Source: Callorhinchus milii (Eukaryota). Taken from it: a stretch of DNA of 64,000 nt. How positions within the stretch are numbered: position 1 is the stretch's first letter; each line of letters opens with the position of its first letter. Under the pieces are notes generated by a model. That model worked only from the letters and a program-made list of their open reading frames with translations, did no database searches and was not told where the DNA came from. Positions 1-10,962 of this stretch are shown piece by piece. The position numbers were made by a program, and so were the translations under genes. Location of the stretch: NCBI RefSeq assembly GCF_018977255.1, contig NW_024704891.1, forward strand, positions 1 to 64,000, in the 5' to 3' direction.

Positions 1-100
1 TGAGCTACTTGGGTCACGCGCTCAGGTTTGCGCTGTGTGAGGGATCGCCACCTAATGTCTGCATTTGGTATTACTTTGTGAGGCAGATCTTGAATGTATG

Positions 101-110
101 TGTTTGTGTT

Positions 111-144
<34 letters not shown>

Positions 145-146
145 AG
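101..146. repeat. (TG)n microsatellite
   Basis: TG dinucleotide run seen directly. Confidence 0.85.
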
Positions 147-777
147 TCTGAGACTGTGATCTTATGTCCACTGCCACTGTAACCTGACAATGGATTTAAA
201 AGCTTTATCTGTTCAGCTCTGTGGAGAGAATACAAATTGTATAATTTTGGTTTACTACTGATACTGTGTGTGTCAGATTACTAGTATCTGCGCTTATTCC
301 TTTTACTGTAGCTCATGGGGATTGACAACTGGTTGCGAATCTTCCTTTTTAACTTCATTCACAAAGTAACACATTTCTGCATATCTGTATCGGTGTAGTT
401 AATGATCAACAACCTTTTAGCACAACAAAAGAAATCATTTCCCCTATAAAATGACACATTAAGGAGCTTCTGCCTGAGTCTGTTACTCACAGAGCAGCCA
501 AAATGTGACAAACTCCGGGAAACACCAGCACGCGCTTCGCACAGAGTGAAATACTCTTCGGAAAATTTCCTGCCTGGTGTATACTTTCCTGGATACAGTT
601 GTGTAAAATGCTATTGTTCACTCACAGAACAAACGAGTTTTTGAGAAACGGTCAGTCTAACAAGCGAGAGAAACACAGAGATGAGGAACCAGGAAGCTGA
701 GAAGAGAGTACGGCTGCAAGTTTCTGTAGCTCCGCCTGGCTTCACTATCCTGAGCAGCTCCAAACACTGAGCCTCTC

Positions 778-1310
778 ACCGCTGAAACTGTTCCACCCAA
801 AGTCACGCAAACTCCGGCAGCAGCCGCCTCCGCCGCTTCACCCGAAACCGCCAAGAAACAAGTTGACCCGTTGCTGGAATCCAGGTTCAAACTGATGGAA
901 GAGGTCCATGAGTTTGTGGCGAGCGCTGAGCAGCGCAATGGTATGTCCGTGGTCGCCATCAAGAAGGCTCTGGACGCCAAAGGCTACAAGACGGTAACTC
1001 ACAAATTCCAGGTGAGGAGTTCTTTGAAGGGACTGACGGAGGAAAGTTTCCTGACCCAGACCAAGGGCATCAGCGCCACCGTCTCCTACAAACACAAAAG
1101 GGCAACCAGGCAAATAAGCCGACCCCGCTGGGGAAGACAGGGGTCACCAATAAATCTACTCACGGAGAAACGTGCAGTGTGAAAGCCAAAGGAATCCCGT
1201 AACTACCAGTGTCTTACAGAATCAGCAAAGCCAAGTCTCCCGGTACCAAATGACAGATAAACCGATACCGTATAACAAGCCAAAACCTACCAAAACAAGA
1301 AAGCTGTAAC
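778..1310 (+). pseudogene. Linker histone H1-like pseudogene
   Basis: Frame of ORF 871..1182 gives AETVPP..AAAASAA N-tail, then EQRNGMSVVAIKKALDAKGY..VRSSLKGL....LTQTKGISATVSYK, which aligns by eye to the H1 globular domain (ERSGVSLAALKKALAAAGY..IKLGLKSL....LVQTKGTGASGSFK). No in-frame ATG before the N-tail. Lys/Pro-rich tail remnants (KPTP, VKAK, KAKSPGTK) lie in a shifted frame with stops. Confidence 0.7.
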
Positions 1311-1344
1311 GAAGACGGAATCTGCAGCAGATTCGAAGACAGCA

Positions 1345-1760
1345 TTACATAACATAACATAACACCTAGGAGCAGGAGAAGGCCATTCGGACCTTCGAGC
1401 CTGTCCCGCCATTAAATAATGGCTAATCTTCTAATCTAACTCCAGCTAATAACCTAACCCTGCCTTATCCCCACATCCCTTAATCCGTTTTCCAATAAGA
1501 AATCTATGCGTTTCAATCTTGAATATGTTCAAGGATTGAGCGTCAACAGCCCTTTGGGACAGTGAGCTCCATACGTTCACCACCCTTTGAGTGAAGACAT
1601 TCTTCCTCAACTCAGTGCGAAAGGGCTGCCTCTGATTTTAAGGTTGTAACCACTGGTTTTAGTTTCTCCAACCAGGGCAACATTCTCCCACTATCCATTC
1701 GATCATGCCCTTTGATGATCGTATAGGTTTCTATAAGATCCCCTCTAATTCGTCTATTAT
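1345..1760 (-). mobile_element. CR1-type LINE 3' fragment
   Basis: aacataacataac..ggagcaggagaaggccattcggaccttcgagcctg is the reverse complement of the CR1-like 3' end seen on + at 17070-17280. Confidence 0.6.
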
Positions 1761-2605
1761 GATACTGAAATAAACAACAGCTACCCGGAGAGATGACGAG
1801 GAAGGAAATTGATTTCCCTGTCCGACCACACTCCAGAATTACATGGTGATACCCAGAACGGGTGAATGAGTAATAAAATCAATGACATCGGATTAAGTGG
1901 GGAATTATTTATTTACGTAAACAGATACAAGGGAATGAGAATGTATTCTTTTATTATGAAACAATCTCGAGGTATGGCTCCGAGTCTTGATGCGAAATCA
2001 AAGAGGCAAAACAAATGCAGATTCTTTCTTCTTTTGTTGAAAACGTAAGAATATTTTAACTGAATACTCTTGGAGCTGTAATACCGCGGTCAGCCAATGT
2101 ACGTGGGTGTTGTAATGTAAACACAGGAAGTAATTACAGTGCGGCACCACCAACTGCTGGACATGCGCTTGTACTGCAAGTCTCAAAGCCTCTTCAATCT
2201 GCCTCGTGTTGGGGGCATTTTAAATTCCTCCCCATTTCAGTGTGTGATTATTGACAGCTTTGAGCAAACAGAACACTGGGGATAAGTAGACCTGCAGGGG
2301 TTCAACTGGGACGCCTTTCCGACGTGAAGGGCGCTACATAAGTGTAATTTGTTGGTGTACGCTATCCCAGTTGAACCCCAGCAGTCCTGTACACTGTTGT
2401 TGCCACGCCCCTTCCAGCCCCTCCCCATCCAAAAACAAATCCACACGCAGCTTCTCCCATCCTCATCCACACAAAGGCCTACCATCCTCACCAACTCACA
2501 GCTCCCACCCCCCCTTATCACCCACACTCATTCCCCCCACTTATCACTCCCTCCTCAATCACACCAAGAGCCTCCCCTTCATCACCCAAACCCACTCCTT
2601 TCCCC

Positions 2606-3410
2606 TGCACTAACACCATGGTGAGCAGCTCAGCACTAAAACAATGCTGACCAGCTGAGCACAAGCACCATGGTGACCAGCTCAGCACTAACACCATGTT
2701 GACCATCTCAGCATTAACAGCATGGTGACCAGCTCAGCAATAAGAGCATGGTGATCAGTTCAGCATTAGTCCCATGGTGACCAGCTCAGCATCAACACCA
2801 TGGTTACCAGCTCAGCACTAACACCATGGTGACCAGCTCAGCATTAAAACTATGCTGACCAGCTCAGCACTAACACCATGTTGACCAGCTCAGCACTAAC
2901 ACCCTGGAGGCCTACTCAGCACTAACACCATGGTGACCAGCTCAGCACTAACGCCATGGTGGCATGCTCAGCACTAACAGCATGGTGACCAGCTCAGCAC
3001 GAGCAACATGGTGACCAGCTCAGCACTAACAACATGGTGACCAGCTCAGCACTAACACCATGGTGGCCTGCTCAGCACTAACACCATGGTTACCAGCTCA
3101 GCACCAACACCATAGTCAACAGCTAAGCACTAGCAACATTTTGACCAGCTCAGCAGTAAAAACAAGTTGACCAGCTCAGCACTAACACCACGGTGACCAA
3201 CTCAGCACGATCACCATGGTGACCAGCTCAGCACTAACAACATGGTTACCAGCTCAGCACTAGCACAACGGTGACCAACACAGCAAGAACACCATGTTGA
3301 GCAGCTGAGCACTTACGCCATGGTAACCAGCTCAACAGTAACCCCATGGTGACCAGCTCAGCGTTCACACCATTGTGAACAGGTTAGTACAAACACCATG
3401 GTTACCATCA
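2606..3410. repeat. 26-bp minisatellite, about 30 diverged copies
   Basis: Unit GCACTAACACCATGGTGACCAGCTCA; 26-bp period checked at 2821/2847/2873. Confidence 0.9.
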
Positions 3411-3483
3411 GTGCCTGCGAGCAGTGTAGATGTAGTGCAGATCTATACAGAGCTTCAGTTATTATTGTGGCTTTGTTTAGCAT

Positions 3484-4895
3484 CAGGTTGGCATGTCTGC
3501 CCATAGCACAGGAACTGCCCTGGTCAAGGTCACCAATGACATCCTGACCATCTGTGACCAGGGCTCACTCTGCCTCCTCGTCCACCTCGACCTATCGGCA
3601 GCATTCGATATGGTCGACCATAGTATCTTCCTCCACCGCTTGTCCTCCAACCTAAACCATCAAGGCCCTGTCCTTGAGTGGTTTAGGTCGTACCACTCCC
3701 ACAGTCTCATTTTGTTTCTACTAACGACGTTTCCTCCAGCCCCCGCACTGTTTCGTGCGGTGTCCCTCAGGGCTCTGTCCTCGGTCCCCTCCTCTTCACC
3801 CTCTACATGCTCCCCCATGGTGACATCATCCGCAGACATGGGGTTAATTTCCACGTGTATGCGGATGACACCCAACTCTACCTTTCCTCCTCTACCCTCA
3901 ACTCCAGGACCACCGATATCCTGACAGCTGCCTGTCCGACATCGTGTCCTGGACGAGAGATAACTTTCTCCAGCGCAATGTGCGTAAAACTGAGGCCCTC
4001 CTGATTGGCTCACGTCAGCGCCTCCGCACCTCCGGCGCCGGCACCACCAGCATCCAAGGCCGCACTCTCCACCTCTCAAAGCCAGTCAGGAACCTCGGTG
4101 TTCTCTTGGACCCTGAACTGTCCTTTCCCCTCATATCCGCCACAACTGGCACGGCATTACATCACCTCCGGAGTGACGCCAGACTACGGCACTACCTCAC
4201 CCCTCACGCTGCTGAAACTCTGGTCCACGCCTTTATCACCTCAAGGCTGGACTATGGAAACTTTCTCCTCGCCGGCCTTCACGGCACCTCCCTCCACACT
4301 GCAGATCATTCAGAACTCTGCAGCTCGTGTACTGTCCCGCACCAGGCTTCGGGAACACATCACTCCCACCCTCGCTCGCCTCCACTGGCTCCCCATCCCC
4401 CAGAGGATCGAATTCAAGATCCTCATCCTCACCTACAAGGCCATATTCACGGCCTTGCTCCCTCCTACCTCTCCGACCTACAATCCCCCTACATACCTGC
4501 CCGTACCCTCCGTTCCTCTGGCTCCGGTCTGCATCCCCCGCCCCAACCGCCCTACCATCGGTGTCTGGGGATTCAGGCTCTCAGCCCCTACGCTCTGAAG
4601 CTCTATGCCCCAGTGCCTTCGCCTTGACTCTTCCCTTTCCTCCTTCAAGGCCGGTCTCAAGACCTTTCTCTTTGACCGTGCCTTCAGCACCCCTCTCGAC
4701 ACTCTACCCCCTCCTCGCTCCCTCCCTTCCCTCCCCTCACCCTGATCATTTCCCCCTTCCTCGCTCCCTCCCTTGCCTCCCCACACCGTCACCATTTCCC
4801 CCTTGCTCGGGTCCTGACCCAACTGTACAGCGCCTGGGAATTCCCCCCTGCGTGAAAGGCGCTCAATAAATGGAATCTTGTTGTTGTTGTCGTTG
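3484..4895 (+). mobile_element. 5'-truncated L2 LINE (RT C-terminal half, frameshifted)
   Basis: ORF pieces [31 protein letters not shown]; close copy of 36.85-38.29 kb; ends in a (TTG)n tail. Confidence 0.92.
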
Positions 4896-5365
4896 TACAT
4901 AATCAGAATGTAGCCCACTGCAGATATACCACCCTAATCTTGTCCCTTTCCAGTCTGCGCCAAACTGCGAATTTAATCAAACAGGATGTGTTCCTCCAGG
5001 GAGAAAGGGCAAGATCCCTTCCAAAGGCACGTTGACACGCGAAGAGGCAAACATTTGTGGGACTCATGTATGTGCTTCGGATCAACTGAAATATGGGTGC
5101 AACTTGCTGAATGTGTCTGACACCGAGATCCACAAATGCAGGTCAGTGATGAAAGAGAACCAATGGAGGAGCGAGATGGCAGAGCAGAAATGATGACGCG
5201 CAATCAGAGACACACGGTTTGTACACAACCCTCAGAACTGCCCCCTCACAGTATGTGGCAACTTCTGTAAGTTATTTCCTCCTCACGGTATCTTACAGCC
5301 TCCGAGGAAACATTCTCCAACTACTCCACCAACGCTCTCTCAACGCCCCGCGCCGCAAAATACAT

Positions 5366-6207
5366 ATGATAATGTATACTTATTTGTTAGCAGCCATTAT
5401 TACCCTTTCAGGTAAGCAACAAATTCGCTCTACCTGTCAGTTTCATGTGCATATTATCCAATGATTATATTTTGTTGCATAAACTAACCAATACGGTACA
5501 TGACTCATGCATTCCTGTAGTTCAGCAAACGTCTGGACTTGGTTTTGGGACCGGGTGGGACACAGCGGAACCTTAGGCAGATTTCCTTTCCCCACACACC
5601 CATCTCTGTTTTTCTACACATATGTAGGTACCCGTTTGCTGGTCGATTGTCAGAAGTGCTGTCCGGGGTTATAGTCCCTTAAAAAACCGCTCGTCACAAA
5701 AATAGTAATCGGTCGATCCATGACTTTTGTTGGAGAATGTTGTGCGCAGTTTATTGCCACGTGCCGCCCACAAAATACAGTTATTGCATATTTTCGGAAG
5801 CACTTGGAGACGTGTCAAAGATGTGATATGGCGCTCCGTCAAAAGCTATGCTTATTATTATTTATATGCTATTGAACGCTGATGTGTGTCTGGTTTCCAG
5901 GACATTGTGGAGGAGATTCTGTGAAACAGCTCGAATCTACTGTGACAGTGAATGAAGGGGAAGCTGCCCATATGCATTGCAATTATACTACGGCAGACAA
6001 CAATCCCAATCTGTTCTGGTACCGTCACTATCCCAACAAAGCTCCAGAATATATCCTTTGGGCATCCACCTACAGCAAACCGAAATATGCAGACTTTGCC
6101 AAAGAACGTTTCTCAACGAATGTGTCTAAAGCGGAGAGAACCGTCCCATTAAATATAATCCAAGTAAGAGTTACAGACTCCGCCGGGTATTACTGTGCAC
6201 TGAGCCC
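5366..6207 (+). CDS. TRAV: TCR alpha/delta V segment V1 (GHCGG family)
   Basis: Leader 5366-5411 (MIMYTYLLAAIITLSG, GT donor); V exon 5901-6207 with C..LFWY..DSAGYYC; RSS CACAGAG 6208-6214, 23 bp, ACAAAAACC 6238-6246. Confidence 0.92.
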
Positions 6208-6649
6208 CACAGAGGCACAGATCAGCGTCTCCGCCCTACAAAAACCGCAATGTGGAGTCCTGTAGCTCAGTGGGGATAGCATTCGCCTCACAAGTGAGAG
6301 CAAGTGGGTTCGATTCCGGCAGTAAAAGCAGGAACCCTGTTGCTAACCTGCTGGCGGATAATTTTTTCAGGTGTAATAATACCTTCAAGATAATAACATT
6401 ACTAATAAATATGTAAGTTAACCAATGGGTCACTGATGTGAGCAATTCGCTGCTGCGTTCAGAGGCATAGATCGGGGATTCCGCCCAACAAAAACTGCCA
6501 TGTGAAGTCCTGCAGCTTATCAATTATACTTACAGTTAATCCAATGTTTCACGGATATTTCGCCCACAAAATATGCAGTTAATTCGTTTGCAAAGCATTA
6601 TGTGAAGCGCTTTGAGGCTCCTCGTAACTCTCCTCAAAAGAGTTTCCGC

Positions 6650-6948
6650 TGTCTCCACCTCACTCGAGTCCTCGCTCCGCCCTCGGCGGCCGTGCCTTCA
6701 GCCACTATGCCCCGAGCCTTGGAATCTCTTTCCTCACTCGCCACGTCTCGCCCTCTCTCTTACTATTTACAGGTCTCTTCTGAAGACGTTTCTTTTCGAC
6801 CGCAACTGTGGTCAACTTCCTCGCCTCCCCCCTGGCTCAGTCACGGGGATCCGAAACTGTACAGCGCTCTGAGACGCCGTCCGGCTTGGCGGTGGTGTGG
6901 TGGGGGTTTGGGGGTGGCTCTATATAAATCCATCTTGTTCTTGTTGTG
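6650..6948 (+). mobile_element. Degenerate L2 3' end
   Basis: Resembles the L2 ORF2 C-terminus and 3' UTR (..ctgaagacgtttcttttcgacc..ctgtacagcgct..tataaatccatcttgttcttgttg). Confidence 0.55.
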
Positions 6949-7159
6949 AATATGATCAGGTTATTGTCACAGAAATTGCTTCACATACATTGCTATCTAG
7001 GTAGATCTGGCCAAGCAATTGTCTTCCTCTACTTTTTTTAATACGTAGACGACGTAAGTTGCATTAATTAGGGTCATTCAAAAAGGGATAGTTAAGGCGG
7101 GACGAGGATAATTTGCTTTCAAATATGTCCAATTGCCCACTTGCTGAAGCCAAAATTCT

Positions 7160-7267
7160 CCTGCAGATGGCGCACTAAAGATACATATAACATGAGCTGC
7201 AACTCACAGAACATGTCACGTCTCTTTCTGTAACTAACTTGTTTTACAGCGATAACAGGTGCTTCCT
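7160..7267 (+). promoter_or_regulatory. CTCF-like core + E-box/ETS module copy 1
   Basis: CCTGCAGATGGCGC 7160-7173; CAGGTG 7256-7261 followed by CTTCCT. Confidence 0.6.
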
Positions 7268-7937
7268 TTCCCTGTTGTCATTGGTTCCCTCACACAGACT
7301 ATTGCTGCTTCAGCTGAAATGTACAAAGGTTTTACAAAACTGTGATAAGCGCAAGGCTTAGTTTGATGTAGAAGCGTTTCTTTGGTCGCTTTTTCCATCT
7401 TATTGCCTTTCTCTCAATTAAGCAGCCGCCCTTTAGTGGATATCACTGCGCATTAAATGTGACAGATTTTGTTGTGGGCACTCTGGTCATCTGTTTCGGT
7501 TTTATTTCAGAAGGAGACTTAAACGGACCTCATTTAAATAAAAGTTGGAATAGATGATACATCTTTATTGGTCGATTCATGTCTTGGACGCCATTTCAAA
7601 TACTAATGCACAAGAATAAAAAAACCAGTTGCCATTGCTGGAGAGAAGTTTGTTTCGGAGGTGGTAGCGAAGAGTTTAACTGAGAATATACTGCAAGGTG
7701 AATTGCTGGTGGGTGAAATCAAGGCTGTGTTCCCATCCTTTCCGAGACCCATTGGTTCCCAATCGCCGGCAGATCAAGTTCAATATCCTCTGGTGAGTGC
7801 GAAACGCCTACAATTGGAGACAGTGAACCACTGAACCCGTCAGATCAGCCGCTTCCTCACAACTTGTCGCTAAAGCAGCGACACAGCGATATACAAAGGA
7901 AGAGATCCCATTATCTGTCCACACCTCAGCAGCCAAC

Positions 7938-8756
7938 ATGACAGCTCTCTGCCAGTTACTGATAGCAATCCTCACCATAGCCGGTAAGTATGTGTGGAGA
8001 TGCCCAGGGCATAAAATTTACATTATACTTGATCAGAAGTTTAGTGACGAGAGCACTCACCTCACAAGCGAGAGGACCTGTGTTCGATTCCCGGGCAACG
8101 TGAAACATCCAGCAAATTTGCTTACACCTCAAGCCTGTGATTATCGGCAGTAAGTAGGAACGCGGATGATAATTGTTTCAGGGATAGCTTTCCGAGAGTA
8201 ATAATATATTAAAGAATAAATCAATCAATAGTAATTTCGTCAATCAATCCGTGACGGTTTGTGGGACACTGCAGTGCTTAATTAGCTGCAACGTTTCTCC
8301 CTCAAAATATGGAGTCAATTCTCATAATAATGTATTCTGTGTGCGCTTTGAGACGTCCAAACCGTGCGATAACGTGATATAGAAACGAAATTATAATTAT
8401 AATTATTATGATTGCAAATCTCCACTGAACGTTGCTCAGCAACATGTGTATTTTTTTGTTCTTGCAGATGTCTACGGGCAAGATGTAGTATCCCAATATC
8501 CTCCCGAGATAACAGATTTTGAAGGACAAAACTTTACACTGAACTGCAGTTATTCCACATTGCAGACTGCCTTCTGGTACAGGCAATATCCCGATGGAGC
8601 TCCTCAGTACCTGTTCAGGATATATTCCTCTGGAAAGGTAGACAACCCTCCTGACCGTTTCACTACCGAGCTGATCAAGGATAATAAAGTAATTGAGCTG
8701 CACATACTCGGGGCTGTTGTGGGTGACAGCGCTGTGTATTACTGTGCCCTGGACCC
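7938..8756 (+). CDS. TRAV: TCR V segment V2 (MTAL family)
   Basis: Leader 7938-7983 (MTALCQLLIAILTIA); V exon 8468-8756; RSS CACACTG 8757-8763, 23 bp, ACAAAAACT 8787-8795. Confidence 0.92.
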
Positions 8757-9352
8757 CACACTGTTACAGGAAGGCAGGTTCCCCGTACAAAAACTCAGCA
8801 AACAATCAAGAACTTAGGCAAGTTTCCTTGGTCGACATACTCACCAATATTTACCTAGCAGTGAGTAGGAACCCAGCTGTTAACCGGTTCGTGTATCGCA
8901 AATTTTCTTAATAATAATAATAATATTCCCTTCATAAGGAAATAATTAAAATTTATTCAATATACAACTCTTTTGGGGTAACTGCTGTGCATTAATGGCT
9001 GCAGCGTTTCGCAAATAAAGCATAGTGTATATTGCCTATCAGGTATGTTCAGCAACAGACTTTGAGACTTCTCGAACACGTGATAAGGCGTTGGAAATTA
9101 ACCAATTTTAGCGATTTAATTTCCAAGAGTCACCACAAGGCACACTCTGACGTTCCTAAACTTTTGCCTATTCCAAAAATTCAATTGACATATTCTGTTC
9201 ACTCTGTAATCTGAAAATCATTTTGAGATGTCTTCAAAACATATTGAGTCGCTATGTCAAGGGCGAGGATCATAATTTTTATTAATGCTCTCCGTATCTC
9301 AGTAAACAGAATTCGTAATGTTGGAGAGAAAGATCGAGAGTAAGAAAGAGAG

Positions 9353-9533
9353 NNNNNNNNNNNNNNNNNNNNNNNNNNNNNNNNNNNNNNNNNNNNNNNN
9401 NNNNNNNNNNNNNNNNNNNNNNNNNNNNNNNNNNNNNNNNNNNNNNNNNNNNNNNNNNNNNNNNNNNNNNNNNNNNNNNNNNNNNNNNNNNNNNNNNNNN
9501 NNNNNNNNNNNNNNNNNNNNNNNNNNNNNNNNN
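9353..9533. other. Assembly gap (N run)
   Basis: 181 N; the flanks match the paralog at 32460-32590, which holds a (GA)n tract. Confidence 0.98.
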
Positions 9534-10541
9534 TATATGGAAAAATTCCAGGTGTAGCGTGGATGCATGGAAATTAGTTATGAAAAAATATAAAAATTAG
9601 ATTTTTTTAGAAAATATTGTCACTCTAACCACCACAATTTGCGTGACGCTGATGTGTGCAATTCGTTACTGTGTTTCGCCCGATAATACGCTGTCACTAC
9701 GCTTGACAGAGTAACCTGTGTACCGATTTTAGACGTCTCGAAGACGTGATTAGGCGCTATACCAATAAATTGGATCATTATTCTATCTCTCTGTTTCATT
9801 GGGATATTCATAATGATGCTGATGGGTATCCCCATATTTCACATTCCAGCTGAACAAAAATAAATGCTAATATATGAAGTGTCATTCAGCGAAATAAACA
9901 GCAGAGAAAAATAACTTGAAGTAATGAATTATGCCAGAAATAATTGTGTCTTGTACGCAAACTTCTGAAACCCAGATGCATAGAGCAGAAATGGACCGGA
10001 AGGAAACTTTCCACCAATTGGGGCAGAGACATCTGAGAAACTGCTGATATTACGTGATTCCTCCTCTTTCGCTTCGAACCCTCGCAATGGCTCGTTTCAA
10101 CTTAATATCAACTTGACACCTGCCCCCGGGGACTTGATGCCAACACATAGTGTAGCCGTCTGCACACACTCAGGGTCTTCCACTGAGTACCTCGTCCTGC
10201 CTTCTTGTAACTATCGTAACAATACTTGATGCTTTATACAGCGCCTTAAGTCATCTCTGAGGCATATGAAAGCGCTTCACATGATAAACTGTAAAGTGTA
10301 GTGACTGCGTATTGTATGGTCGAAACTATAGAAACAATTGGACAAAACAGAGATAATCAAACAGTCGCGGGTCGAGTCCCAATTATCTTTTGAGGGATAA
10401 TTACCCCTTGAAAGCGATTCGCCAATTGACCATTGGATTCCTACTTCATGTTATGTAAACAGAGGCGTGTGGAGTGAGGAAAGTTGATTAAGCTTTCAAA
10501 GGAAACTTGGATTTGTTCATCAAAGCGCTGAAAGATTCGTT

Positions 10542-10962
10542 ATGAAGTGCGATTACACTTTAGTATTCCTGCTCCTGAAAGCTGCCGTGACCCTCTGGGG
10601 TGAGTGTGCTTTACAGAAATCGTAAGTAATTCTACTTAAATTAATGGGTGAGTTTCACAAACAAATTGTTTTGTATTTACCAGGAGTGAGTGGTCAGGAT
10701 ACAGTCTCCCAGTCGCCACTAACTGTGACAGTTGTGGAGAATGAACAAGTAATTATAAGCTGTTCCACAACAGAATCACAGGCGTTACAATGGTACAGAC
10801 AGTATCCGAACCAGGCCCTCAAACACTTGGTAACAGGAGAGACGGGAGTGCAGCAGAAGAAGAGTATCACAGCTACAATGAACTATAGAGAGAACGGCAG
10901 TAATCTGAGCATCACAGGCACAGAAGTAACAGACGCCGCCACCTACTTTTGTGCAGTGGAGA
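10542..10962 (+). CDS. TRAV: TCR V segment V3 (MKC family)
   Basis: Leader 10542-10599; 84-bp intron; V exon 10684-10962 (C..QWYRQ..DAATYFC); RSS CACAGTG 10963-10969, 23 bp, ACACAAACC 10993-11001. Confidence 0.9.

Noticed and set aside
2606-3410. Possible CRISPR-like array (palindromic repeats)
   Set aside because: Units are head-to-tail with no unique spacers, the context is eukaryotic, and there are no cas genes.
6215-6221. Second heptamer-like CACAGAT inside the GHCGG spacer as an alternative 12-RSS
   Set aside because: Distance to the nonamer is about 15 bp, fitting neither 12 nor 23.
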